From: a candidate division WWE3 bacterium
Lineage (GTDB): Bacteria; Patescibacteriota; WWE3; UBA101185; UBA10185
DNA length: 64,000 nucleotides
Direction: 5' to 3'
Assembly (NCBI GenBank): GCA_012798115.1
Contig: JAAZNV010000006.1
Span: 91,971-155,970 of the forward strand
Shown here in pieces: positions 50,253 through 60,259 of the stretch. Position 1 is the first letter of the stretch. The number at the start of each line of letters is the position of its first letter. The notes below the pieces were generated by a model. That model was not told where the DNA came from and made no database searches. It saw only the letters and a list, made by a program, of their open reading frames with translations. Both the position numbers and the translations under genes were made by a program.

Positions 50253-51858
50253 ATATCCTTCCAAAATATCTTCTTTAAAGATTATTATTTTTCTTTTCTT
50301 TATCTTGTTACACTTGCTTTTGTTTAATGTTAACACTGCTGAGTGGGGTGATTCTTATAAAATACTTAGAGCATCAGAATTTATTAAAGAAGGAAGTTAC
50401 CCTGCTGATGAAAAAAGACCACCGGCTTTTTCCATGGTTCTAGCACTAAGACCTTTTCAAATGGACGCTATCTTGTGGGGTAGGGGAATTATGTTGATAT
50501 TTAGTATCTTGTCTTTTATTGTTTTTGATAAATTAATCTCCATTTTTATAAAAGAAAAAAAATATAAATTGATTTCTTTAATCATTTTTACCTTAAACCC
50601 TGTTTATTTATACTGGTCTTTAAGAATTATGGCGGATGTTCCATTTTCCTTTCTTGTTTTGTTATCTTCTTATCTTTTAACAAGGTGGAAAAATAGCTTA
50701 TCTATTTGGAAAAGCGTCTTAATTGGACTCATTTGTGGTTTAGCTATTTTAACTAGGTTTGAGGGTTATATTCTTTTGCTTTCTATGTTTGTTGGTATCT
50801 TGTTTGTAGATATACAAGGTCAACAGTTGCCATTTAAATTAAAAAATCTTCTAGGGTTGATGGCTAACAAACTGTCATATTTATTATCCTTAGGATTAAC
50901 GACCTTGGTTGTGATTTTGCCTTGGGTATTGTATCGTAATCCTTTTTCATCAAAATATTTCAATGAACCATCAGGAAGAACATATGATTTAAAAATGGTT
51001 TGGACTTACTTTTCTTCATTGTTTTACTTGTTTGGTTTTTCATCTGCGTTTTATTTCATTTTGAAATCATTTTTTAGTAACTTATGTGTTGCTAAATTTT
51101 TAAAAGAAAACATTGGCATAACTTTGTTTTTATCTCTTGAATTAATTCTCATCCTTTTATGGCCTGCAGCTATTCCAAGATTATTTGTTTCAGTAATTCC
51201 TTTCCTTATCATTTTATTTTCCTTGTCTTTTAAGGAATATGAAGAGAGCAATTTAAGCAATGCTAATAGGATTGATGTATGTTTCTTGGTTTTAATTTTA
51301 ATGTTTTATGTATTAAGTCAATTTATTCTCAAACTTCAATTTTTAATAGTTATAAGAGCTATCTTTGTAGTAATAATTTTGCTTCAAGCAGTTTCCATTT
51401 TATTTATTTACCTAAGGAAATTTAATCCAGCTTTGCTTGTATATGTTTTATCAGCCTTTATCTGGTCCTTGTCCACAGTTTATATCCATAAAGATATATA
51501 CACTGCAATAAAACAAGCCTCCTTGTATGCAGTTGATAACTTAGAAGGAAAGGTTGTTTATAATGATACAACTAGTGTTGCTCAATGGTATCTTAATTAC
51601 TTTAAACAAGGGAATTTCAAAGGTAGTACCTTGTATGGTGAATACTTAGATATGAGAAATTTAAATAATTTAAACTCAAATGTCTTATCTAGCTCCAAAG
51701 TTTCTTATGTTATTCTAACTAACGAAGACAGTATTAACTATGAGTCTGAGGTTGAAAAACTTAAATATCTAAATTTAATCAAAGATTTTAGGTATAATAT
51801 CGGAGATAAGCAGTTTTTTGCTAAAATATTTAAATTTAATGGAGGAACTTTTAAGTGA
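50221..51858 (+). CDS. ArnT/PMT-like GT-C membrane glycosyltransferase
   Basis: About 12 TM; first extracytoplasmic loop carries the acidic motif YPADEKRPPAF typical of GT39/GT83 enzymes. Confidence 0.65.
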   Translation: MNLPRRIISFKYPSKISSLKIIIFLFFILLHLLLFNVNTAEWGDSYKILRASEFIKEGSYPADEKRPPAFSMVLALRPFQMDAILWGRGIMLIFSILSFIVFDKLISIFIKEKKYKLISLIIFTLNPVYLYWSLRIMADVPFSFLVLLSSYLLTRWKNSLSIWKSVLIGLICGLAILTRFEGYILLLSMFVGILFVDIQGQQLPFKLKNLLGLMANKLSYLLSLGLTTLVVILPWVLYRNPFSSKYFNEPSGRTYDLKMVWTYFSSLFYLFGFSSAFYFILKSFFSNLCVAKFLKENIGITLFLSLELILILLWPAAIPRLFVSVIPFLIILFSLSFKEYEESNLSNANRIDVCFLVLILMFYVLSQFILKLQFLIVIRAIFVVIILLQAVSILFIYLRKFNPALLVYVLSAFIWSLSTVYIHKDIYTAIKQASLYAVDNLEGKVVYNDTTSVAQWYLNYFKQGNFKGSTLYGEYLDMRNLNNLNSNVLSSSKVSYVILTNEDSINYESEVEKLKYLNLIKDFRYNIGDKQFFAKIFKFNGGTFK

Positions 51859-52538
51859 AATTATCTGTTGTGATACCTTGCTATAACGAGAAGAATACTA
51901 TAGAAAAGATAGTAGATTTAGTTAAGGGTGTAGAAAGCATAGAAAAGGAAATAATTATAGTTGATGATGCCTCAAAGGATGGAACCGTAGATGTGCTAAA
52001 GAGCATCGAGAAGAAATATCCTGATATAAAAGTTATATATAAAGAAGTAAACAAAGGCAAAGGTGATACTTTAAAAGTAGGTTTTCAACATACAACTGGA
52101 GATTATGTAATTGTTCAAGATGCTGATCTTGAATACGACCCTCAAGACTACGTAAAGCTCTTAAAGGTTCTTGAAGAAGGAGTAGATGTGGTTTACGGGT
52201 CTAGGTTTTTAGGTAAATACGAAAAAATGACTACCCTTCACTACTTTGGAAATAAGTTTTTAACTTTAGTTACTAATCTTTTGTTTGGGGTAACACTTAC
52301 TGATATGGAAACTTGCTATAAATTAATGCCTGGGGATTTTGTAAGAAAACTTGATATTAAATCATCTAGATTTGAGTTTGAGCCGGAAATAACAGCTAAG
52401 ATACTTAAGTCTGGATTAAAAATAAAGGAAGTCCCCATTTCATATAAGGGAAGAAGTTTTAGTGAAGGAAAGAAGATGACGTGGAAAGATGGTTTTAATG
52501 CTATCTATTCCCTTGTTAAGTTTAAATTTTTTGATTGA
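51855..52538 (+). CDS. DPM1/ArnC-like GT2 polyprenyl-phosphate glycosyltransferase
   Basis: LSVVIPCYNEKNTI, IVDDASKDGT, QDADLEYDP. Confidence 0.8.
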   Translation: MKLSVVIPCYNEKNTIEKIVDLVKGVESIEKEIIIVDDASKDGTVDVLKSIEKKYPDIKVIYKEVNKGKGDTLKVGFQHTTGDYVIVQDADLEYDPQDYVKLLKVLEEGVDVVYGSRFLGKYEKMTTLHYFGNKFLTLVTNLLFGVTLTDMETCYKLMPGDFVRKLDIKSSRFEFEPEITAKILKSGLKIKEVPISYKGRSFSEGKKMTWKDGFNAIYSLVKFKFFD

Positions 52539-52564
52539 AGTTGGTTAAGTTTTGGAAATTAAAC

Positions 52565-54715
52565 ATGGTTAAAAAAATCGTTAAGCTTATTAAAGAAAAT
52601 ATCTTTCTTGTGATTGTTATTGGTTTTATGGCTGTGAACTTTTTTGTTGCTCTAAGGCTAAACGTTTTTAGGTACAATAATTTTGACTTTGGAAAATTTG
52701 ATCAAGGAAACATGACTCAGATGGTTTGGAACACATTAAGAGGAAGGGTTATGTACCTAACAGATTACTTTGGTTCTAATGTACCAAGATGGGCAATGAG
52801 TCATGTAGATCCAATTCTTTTATTGTTTGTGCCTGTTTTTGCAATTTTTCCACATCCCATGACACTGGCGTATGCTCAGCTTGTACTAGTGATTTTATCC
52901 GCACTTTTTATCTTTGAAATCACTAGGATGGAGCTTAAGTCCAAGTCAGCTGCTTGTTTCTTTAGTTTTGCTTATCTTTTATACCCATCTATGGGTTTCA
53001 TTAACGGAACAATGGGTTTTCATGGTGTGACTGCAGCAGTTCCATTTTTCTTAGCTGCCTTTTACTTGTTTGAAAAGATGTATAAGGAAGATAGCTTTTC
53101 TAAAAAGAAAGTTATTCTTTTCTGGATACTTTTAGTGATAACTATGTCTGGGAAGGAACAAATTCCTTTGTACATAATAATGTGGGGTTTGTTCATTCTT
53201 TTATTTAGAACAACTAAAGGTGAGGGGGCCACGTTAAAATTTAAGTTAAATAAAGACTGGTTGAAAAAGTTTTTTAATTTAAAACCCGCTAGACTTGGTT
53301 TAAGTATGATTATTTTTGGCTTACTGTGGTTTGTAATTGCATTTTTTGTAGTAATTCCAAAGTACGCACCACTTAGAACTGAAAGTTACAAAAAATTTGT
53401 AGAGTCTATAAACGTTTCGTTTGTTAGCAATAGTGATGTAACACTTCCTAATTACTTTTTAAGCAGGTATGGAGATTTTGGGTCTTCTTATAAAGAAGTG
53501 ATCATCAATATGCTTCTTAGCCCTAAAAAGGCTATTAAAGTCTTCTTAAGTGGGGATAGGCTTGATAGTTTAAACAGGACATTTGCTCCTGTTTCTTATC
53601 TTCCCTTAGCTAATCCATTTATGCTATTAATCTCAGCTCCAGATTTTGCTATCAACTATATGACCACATCAGAAGGTTTAGGAACTGAAGAAATTGAAAA
53701 TCATAGAATATCAATGATTATTCCTGTTCTTTTTATCTCTAGTATTTATGCAGTTTCTTTTCTTGCCAGCTTGTTTGAAGAATTACTTCCAAAATACAAG
53801 AATATAAAAACAGCACTTGTAGTAGTTATTTCTGGAGTTGTTTTGATTTCATGTGTTAAAACTTCATCTGATTACAATAACCCAATGTATTTGTGGTTTA
53901 ATCAAGCTATAAAAAAACGAGTATTTGCTAAATATGACCAAGAGTTGATTAAAGATTCTAATCTTCAAGTAGGTACTGTTGTTAGGCTTCCTGATTTGGA
54001 TGTCAAAGATTATGCGTGTGCTAAGGCTGTTGTAGAAATGATTCCAGATGGAGCTTCTGTTTCTGGGCCAGACAATTTGGGAACTCATTTGAGTATGAGA
54101 GAAACTTATGCAATATATCCTTCATTATGGAATTCAGCGGATTATGTTATTGTTAACGTTTTATCAAGAAAGTTGCTTGCAATTCTCCAATTGAACACAA
54201 ATATAGTTAGAGATGTGACTAAGAATGTGATTGCAAGTAAAGATTACAAACTCATTCTTGGTTGTGGGAATTTATTTTTATTTCAAAGAGGAGCTTCTCA
54301 AGACAAGCTTGAACCATACCCAATACAAGAAAGGTACGTGTATGACTATAAATATAATTTTGAGTTTACAGACACTTTAAAAGTAGTTGACTTTAAGCTT
54401 CCTGCAAGAGTTAAAAGAGGAATTCCTGATAAAAATACAATTGTATATCAACGATCTGGAGATGGAGCATTAGATGGTTTTGTTTTGTATATGACTTATG
54501 TGAATAAAGAAGATCAAAGTATTTATCAAGTAGCCAATCTTCCTTCATTTGCCATTAACAGACCATCTGATTGGACAAAAGAAAGGTATTACATAGAAAA
54601 TGTGGATGTAGCTCTTCCTTCTTATTTAAAGCCTGGAAATTATCAAGTATTTGTTAGTTTATCAAATAAAATAAAGTATAGAAGTTTGTACTTAGGTGAT
54701 TTAATTGTTGAGTAA
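52565..54715 (+). CDS. large polytopic membrane protein (DUF2079-like; candidate GT-C)
   Basis: About 12 TM N-terminal region with FDFGKFDQGNMTQMVWNTLRG, then a ~280 aa soluble C-terminal domain; an alternative TTG start at 52535 overlaps the GT2 stop. Confidence 0.55.
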   Translation: MVKKIVKLIKENIFLVIVIGFMAVNFFVALRLNVFRYNNFDFGKFDQGNMTQMVWNTLRGRVMYLTDYFGSNVPRWAMSHVDPILLLFVPVFAIFPHPMTLAYAQLVLVILSALFIFEITRMELKSKSAACFFSFAYLLYPSMGFINGTMGFHGVTAAVPFFLAAFYLFEKMYKEDSFSKKKVILFWILLVITMSGKEQIPLYIIMWGLFILLFRTTKGEGATLKFKLNKDWLKKFFNLKPARLGLSMIIFGLLWFVIAFFVVIPKYAPLRTESYKKFVESINVSFVSNSDVTLPNYFLSRYGDFGSSYKEVIINMLLSPKKAIKVFLSGDRLDSLNRTFAPVSYLPLANPFMLLISAPDFAINYMTTSEGLGTEEIENHRISMIIPVLFISSIYAVSFLASLFEELLPKYKNIKTALVVVISGVVLISCVKTSSDYNNPMYLWFNQAIKKRVFAKYDQELIKDSNLQVGTVVRLPDLDVKDYACAKAVVEMIPDGASVSGPDNLGTHLSMRETYAIYPSLWNSADYVIVNVLSRKLLAILQLNTNIVRDVTKNVIASKDYKLILGCGNLFLFQRGASQDKLEPYPIQERYVYDYKYNFEFTDTLKVVDFKLPARVKRGIPDKNTIVYQRSGDGALDGFVLYMTYVNKEDQSIYQVANLPSFAINRPSDWTKERYYIENVDVALPSYLKPGNYQVFVSLSNKIKYRSLYLGDLIVE

Positions 54716-54720
54716 AAACT

Positions 54721-56205
54721 ATGAAAGAATTAGGAAAATGGCAAATAGTTAGTATGATAGCTCAAGGTTTGGCCATGATTTCTGGAGCAGTTCAAACCTT
54801 CGTTATTATTAGGATTCTTAGTGTTGGAGAATGGGGTATTGTTCAACTGGCAACGTCTATTGGAGGAGCTTTAGGGATTTATCAGCACTTAGGGCTTGTG
54901 TCAGCAAGTACTAGAGAAATATCCTCTGCAGAGAAAAAGGAAGATATATTTAAGATTTTTATTACTTCCACTGCAGTTAGATATTGTGTGACATTGCCTC
55001 TTGCCATAGGTCTTTTCTTTTATTCAAAGTCTCTTGCAGTGAATATTTATCATAACGAAAGCTTGATTATTCCGTTAAAGATGTATGCTCTTTCTTTAGT
55101 TTTTCAAGGTGTCCAAGGAATACTAAACTCTGTGATTTCTGGAATGCAAAGGTTTAAGACATTGTTTGTATATCAAATTGTAATTTCTTATGTAAGTATT
55201 CTTTTGTACATTCCTCTTGTTCATTTCTTTAGAATCAATGGGTATTTTTATGCTTTCCTTTTGTTTAATATCATATCTTCTATTGTTTTGTCTGTTTTAG
55301 CCTTTAAGCCGTTAAAAGGAAAGCTGATTTTACCATCAAAGAAAGATTTTATGAGATTATTTAAGGAAATATTTTCAATTAGTATTGCTATTTATGTAGT
55401 TAAAATTTTATATACAAATTGGGAAAAGCTTGGAAGTAATGCTTTAGGGTTGTTCAATTCACCAGAAGTTGTGGCTATATATGCTTTTGCAATGCTTTAT
55501 GCAAAAAAGATAATGAGTATTTCAGATTCTGTTACTACAGTTAACATTCCTGTGTTTTCAGAAAGATATGCTAAAAACTTCAATGAGTTTAAAGAAACTT
55601 TTGTTAAAAACTTTAATAAATTATTTTCTTTGATAGTCTTTATCGGATCTTTTGCTTCTTACTTTGCTCCAGATGTAATTAGACTACTTGTTGGCGGAAA
55701 TAAGTATAATGAATCTTTTTCTCTCATTGCTCCTATGGTTTTTGCCTTCATAATATATTCTTTTGTAAACATAATAAGTTCCAGTGTTTTAATACCAGCC
55801 AAGATGGCAAAAAGCATGGTAGGAAGTTATGTATTTTTGATAGTAGGATCTGTTTTAAGTTTCTTTGGACTTTATAAGTTTATAGATCTTCTTTCTGCTG
55901 TTTCATGGGCAATGACTTTTGGAAGCATAATATGTCTTGGATTTATGCTCTACTGGATTAAAAAGAAAATGAATTTTAGTTTCTTTAATATTGATCATGT
56001 GGTTATTCTCTTACAAGGGTTTTTTATTGCATGGCTTTGTAAGGTTGATGTTTTTTGGTTTAAAATTGCTGCCTTTGTTCCTTTTGCATCTCTTCTTTTG
56101 TGGTCTTTGTTTGTGTCAAAATTTTTTACGAAAGAAGATGTAATGTCCATGTTTAGAAAGTTTAAAGGGCTAGTTCCTAAAAAATTAACCTCAAGGGCAG
56201 AATAA
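54721..56205 (+). CDS. Wzx-like MOP-superfamily oligosaccharide flippase
   Basis: About 14 TM polysaccharide-biosynthesis-protein architecture. Confidence 0.6.
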   Translation: MKELGKWQIVSMIAQGLAMISGAVQTFVIIRILSVGEWGIVQLATSIGGALGIYQHLGLVSASTREISSAEKKEDIFKIFITSTAVRYCVTLPLAIGLFFYSKSLAVNIYHNESLIIPLKMYALSLVFQGVQGILNSVISGMQRFKTLFVYQIVISYVSILLYIPLVHFFRINGYFYAFLLFNIISSIVLSVLAFKPLKGKLILPSKKDFMRLFKEIFSISIAIYVVKILYTNWEKLGSNALGLFNSPEVVAIYAFAMLYAKKIMSISDSVTTVNIPVFSERYAKNFNEFKETFVKNFNKLFSLIVFIGSFASYFAPDVIRLLVGGNKYNESFSLIAPMVFAFIIYSFVNIISSSVLIPAKMAKSMVGSYVFLIVGSVLSFFGLYKFIDLLSAVSWAMTFGSIICLGFMLYWIKKKMNFSFFNIDHVVILLQGFFIAWLCKVDVFWFKIAAFVPFASLLLWSLFVSKFFTKEDVMSMFRKFKGLVPKKLTSRAE

Positions 56206-56207
56206 AA

Positions 56208-57107
56208 ATGAAAAAGATAAAAGAAAAACTTAAAACATTATTTAAGATTACAGTTAGTATAGTTTTGATTGTTTATCTTGTTTTAAATAAAGTAGATAAA
56301 AATGAACTAATAAGAAATTTTAAACTCTTAGATTGGAGGTTTATTCCTTTAATTTTTATCCTTATTGTTTCTCATTATATTGTTAGCTCCTTTAGGTGGA
56401 AATCTCTTCTTGTTCATGATAAGGCAAAGAATGTTTCTCCTCTTTATTTGTTTAACCTTTACTTTATAGGAGCGTTCTTTAATAACTTTATGCCTACAAG
56501 TGTTGGGGGAGATGTCTATAAAGCATATATGCTGTCAAAGAAAATTGATGATTCTGCAATTGGACTTTCATCTGTGTTTACAGAAAGATTTACAGGGATA
56601 ATAATGCTTGCCTTGATTGCATTGCTGAGTTTATCTAAAAGTTTAGGTTTTAAGGTTTTAATTCTTATTATTTGGCTTGTTATGGGAATTTATCTTGGTC
56701 TTTATGCCTTAAAGTTATTAAGTAAAACTAAATTTAAGTTCTTTAAGAAAGTTTATGATGCTCTAATGATATATAGGAATTATCCTAAGGTACTTCTTTT
56801 TGCTATGCTTTCTTCCATTATTGTTCAAGTTCTTTCTATTCTCACTCAATACTTTACATTTATGGCAATAGGAGTTAGGCTTCCAATATTTTATTCGTTT
56901 TTAGCATTTCCTGTAATAACACTAGCTGGTTTCTTTATTCCTTCTCTTAATGGTTATGGGGTTCAAGATGCTTTATATATGAGCATGTTTTCTCTTGTGG
57001 GTGTTCCTGCAGAAACTGCTGTTTCTGCTTCCATTATTTATCACCTGTTAAGACTAGGTGTGAGTTTAATTGGAGGGGTTTTGTATGCTCTTGGAAAAGA
57101 TTCGTAA
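56208..57107 (+). CDS. UPF0104 / lysylphosphatidylglycerol-synthase-TM-like flippase-domain membrane protein
   Basis: 8 TM; N-terminal LVLNKVDKNELIRNFKLLDWRFIPL and a FNNFMPTSVGGDVYKAYML segment typical of this family. Confidence 0.55.
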   Translation: MKKIKEKLKTLFKITVSIVLIVYLVLNKVDKNELIRNFKLLDWRFIPLIFILIVSHYIVSSFRWKSLLVHDKAKNVSPLYLFNLYFIGAFFNNFMPTSVGGDVYKAYMLSKKIDDSAIGLSSVFTERFTGIIMLALIALLSLSKSLGFKVLILIIWLVMGIYLGLYALKLLSKTKFKFFKKVYDALMIYRNYPKVLLFAMLSSIIVQVLSILTQYFTFMAIGVRLPIFYSFLAFPVITLAGFFIPSLNGYGVQDALYMSMFSLVGVPAETAVSASIIYHLLRLGVSLIGGVLYALGKDS

Positions 57108-58734
57108 AGCCTTTTCCTTTTTAAGTCAAGCTGAAAAGAATAAATTATCCAGGTGTGCACTTTTATTGATCTTTGTATTCTTATTCTTTGCAACAAGGAT
57201 TCCTTATTTATCTAAGGATACAATAAATCCAGATGGAGTAAATTGGCATTATAGGTCTCAGCAATTTGTTGTTGGTTTGAAGTTTCTCCAATTTGAAAAA
57301 ACATATCAGCATTATCACCCTGGTGTGACCTTAATGTGGGTTACAGGAATTCCAATAGAAATATTTAAGCAAGTAACTAATATTAAAGATTATAACTTGT
57401 ATAACTTCCAAGCCTTTGATTTTATTGCTAAGTTTTCATTAGTTATTGTTCAGCTTGTCTTATCTTTACTGGTTATTTATGCTCTTTCTAAGATAGTAGG
57501 CTTTAATAAGTCTTTTCTAACAGTTGTCTTTTTTTCTTTTGAACCCTTTTTTGTAGGTAATTCTCGCTTGTATCACATGGATACTCTTCTTTCTATTCTT
57601 TTGTTCTTAGCAATAATTTTTTCCTTTCTTAATCTTAAAAACCCTTCATTTGGAATGTCTTTACTTTCTGGATTATTTCTTGCTTTATCTTTTTTAACTA
57701 AAAGTGTTTCAATAGGAGCCGTTCTTTTTGTTGTTTTATATGCTTTGGCTTACTTTGTTTATTCAAAACAATATAAAAGCATTCTTCCTTATGTTGCTTA
57801 CACCTTGTTTTTCTTTGTGTTATTCACATTCTTACTTTTTCCGGCTCTTTGGGAAAACCCCATATATTATCTTTCTTTGATATTTAAGGAAGCTGCTAGG
57901 GTAGGTATAAGGAAAGGGCATGGACAAGTAGTATTTGGGGAATATACAAGAGATCCTGGGTTTTGGTTTTATCCCTTGGTTTTACTCGTTAAAACAAGTC
58001 CATTTACAATTATTGGTTGCATACTCTTTGTAGTGTCATCTATCAAGAGTTTAGTTATTGATGTAAAGGAAAACATTAAGAATGAGATTAAAATGTTTAA
58101 AGACACTAAGAAGAAGTTCTTAAATTTTGGTTTTTACATTGCTGTTTTTTATCTTGGATATGTGTTTAGCATGTCCTTTCCGACAAAGAAGATAGATAGA
58201 TATATGTTGGTTGTTTATCCGTTTATGGCTTATTTAGCTGTTGTTGGATACGGGAAAGTATTTTTATTCTTAAAAAGTAAGGTAAAAAAGCTTATGTTTT
58301 GGTCTACAATATCTTTATTGTGTTTAGTTTTTTGGGTTATGCCTTTTGTTAGAGTTTATCCTTACTATTTTACTTACACTAGTCCTTTATTTATTAACTC
58401 GCAAACTGCAAATAAAATAGTTGCTCAAAAGCCTTTTGGAATTGGAATGTATGATTTAAAGGAACTTATTGTTAAAAGATATGGGAGTTCAAAAAATCTT
58501 ATGACTCCAAAATTAGCATTTGTAGACACTAAGCCGATGAAATCTATTTATCCCAACTCAAAAGTATTTGATGTTAGAGTATCAGGACCAGGGCAGTATG
58601 ACCTTTTGGTATTAGGTGTCAATGAAGATATACCTGAGAATATAGAAAACAGTAAATATACATTTGAAAAAGATGCTTCTATGTGGATTAATGGTCTTGA
58701 GTACTGGAGGATTTATGTCAAAAAAGAAAAGTAA
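57085..58734 (+). CDS. ArnT/PMT-like GT-C membrane glycosyltransferase (paralog 1 of 3 in tandem)
   Basis: Polytopic; HYHPGVTLMWVTGIPIE shared with paralog 3; GGAGGGG RBS before ATG 57085. Confidence 0.65.
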   Translation: MLLEKIRKAFSFLSQAEKNKLSRCALLLIFVFLFFATRIPYLSKDTINPDGVNWHYRSQQFVVGLKFLQFEKTYQHYHPGVTLMWVTGIPIEIFKQVTNIKDYNLYNFQAFDFIAKFSLVIVQLVLSLLVIYALSKIVGFNKSFLTVVFFSFEPFFVGNSRLYHMDTLLSILLFLAIIFSFLNLKNPSFGMSLLSGLFLALSFLTKSVSIGAVLFVVLYALAYFVYSKQYKSILPYVAYTLFFFVLFTFLLFPALWENPIYYLSLIFKEAARVGIRKGHGQVVFGEYTRDPGFWFYPLVLLVKTSPFTIIGCILFVVSSIKSLVIDVKENIKNEIKMFKDTKKKFLNFGFYIAVFYLGYVFSMSFPTKKIDRYMLVVYPFMAYLAVVGYGKVFLFLKSKVKKLMFWSTISLLCLVFWVMPFVRVYPYYFTYTSPLFINSQTANKIVAQKPFGIGMYDLKELIVKRYGSSKNLMTPKLAFVDTKPMKSIYPNSKVFDVRVSGPGQYDLLVLGVNEDIPENIENSKYTFEKDASMWINGLEYWRIYVKKEK

Positions 58735-60259
58735 GACAATACTTTTGATAGTTTTACTTTGTGCACTAGTTTTAAGGCTTGCTGGGATAACCCATGGCTT
58801 CCCCTTTATATTTCATCCAGATGAACCAACTATTGTTAGATCTGCATTAGGAATTAGATTTAATTTAAATCCTAAGCACTTTGACTGGTCTCATTTATAT
58901 ATGTATCTTAATTACTTCTTATATATGATGTTTTCTAGGTGTAGAAATATGTTGGGAATTCTAGGGATAAGAAATGCTATCTCAACATTGTTTCCTTTAG
59001 TATGGAATGATGATTTAGTCTTCTACTTTTTAACAAGGTGTTTTTCAGCAATACTTGGAGCCTTAACAGTAATTCCAGTTTATTTATCCGCAAGAAAATT
59101 ATTTAATGAAAAAGCTGCTTTGTTCTCTGCCTTTTGTATGGCCTTTCTTCCTTATCATGTTTGGCACTCTCATTACTCTTTAGGAGATGTTCCAATGGTT
59201 TTTTTCCTTTCTTGGGGCCTTTATTTCTCCTGTTTGATATTAAATGACTCTAAGATAAAAAATTATGTACTTTCGGGGCTTTTTATTGGTCTATCAGCGT
59301 CTACTAAGTACAACGGTGGTTTATCAGCTTTAATGGTTCCTACAGCTCATTTTTTAAGGGTGTTGGGTACAGTTAAGATGAGTGGAAAAAAGGTTAAAAT
59401 ACTGGATTTTAAGGGCATTTTAGCCTTAATTTTATCTGGGTTTAGTGCTCTTGTAGGGTTTTTAATAGGCACTCCTTATGCTCTTTTAGACTTTAAGACT
59501 TTTTCAAGAACAGATAGTCCTAAAGGAGCTTTTTGGCAGTTTACAAATGTTGGATCCATTGGTTTTACAAAGCACTTTACTCAGTTTTTCAATGAGCTTT
59601 TTGTAAGTGTATCAAGCAACATGGGATGGGTAACAATACTTGCTTATGTTCTTACGTTTTTTTATTTAATGTTTACAGTGTTAAAAAAGAAAAACAATGA
59701 AGTTATACATAAACTAATGTTTTTGTATATAAACTCTTTATTTCTTTTTTGGTATATTTCTGGATTTAAAAATACCAGAGCACATTATTACTTTGTTTTT
59801 TATCCGTTTGCTGCAGTGATATTTGGATTTTTTGTGTCAAAGGTTAATGATTGGCTTCTTGCTAAGAAAAAACTTTATTCTTCCTTGTTTATACTTTTAA
59901 TGTGCCTTCCTTTAGTAATTTTCTCAATTAAGAACTCATACTCTTTTTATAAAGGAGATACTAGGAATGATTTGTATGATTGGCTTGTTTTAAATCTTAA
60001 GGTAGGAGAAAATATATTTTATAACGATATAAAAGCATCTGATGTATTTGATAAGCTACAAGTCAACGCAAAAAAAGGTTTTGATAATTTGACAACTACA
60101 AATAGTGCCTTAGTGATTGTTCTTGATCCTGAGAATTCTACAGATTTTCTTGCTAAGAATTCTTCTTACTTAACTAAAGAAAAATCTTTTAGTAATAATT
60201 TAAGGTTAGGCCCAAACATTGAGATCTATAGGTATCAAAATGAAAAATTTACTAAGTAA
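58715..60259 (+). CDS. ArnT/PMT-like GT-C membrane glycosyltransferase (paralog 2)
   Basis: Loop-1 HPDEP acidic motif, PYHVWHSHYSLGDVP; GGAGGA RBS before ATG 58715. Confidence 0.65.
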   Translation: MSKKKSKTILLIVLLCALVLRLAGITHGFPFIFHPDEPTIVRSALGIRFNLNPKHFDWSHLYMYLNYFLYMMFSRCRNMLGILGIRNAISTLFPLVWNDDLVFYFLTRCFSAILGALTVIPVYLSARKLFNEKAALFSAFCMAFLPYHVWHSHYSLGDVPMVFFLSWGLYFSCLILNDSKIKNYVLSGLFIGLSASTKYNGGLSALMVPTAHFLRVLGTVKMSGKKVKILDFKGILALILSGFSALVGFLIGTPYALLDFKTFSRTDSPKGAFWQFTNVGSIGFTKHFTQFFNELFVSVSSNMGWVTILAYVLTFFYLMFTVLKKKNNEVIHKLMFLYINSLFLFWYISGFKNTRAHYYFVFYPFAAVIFGFFVSKVNDWLLAKKKLYSSLFILLMCLPLVIFSIKNSYSFYKGDTRNDLYDWLVLNLKVGENIFYNDIKASDVFDKLQVNAKKGFDNLTTTNSALVIVLDPENSTDFLAKNSSYLTKEKSFSNNLRLGPNIEIYRYQNEKFTK

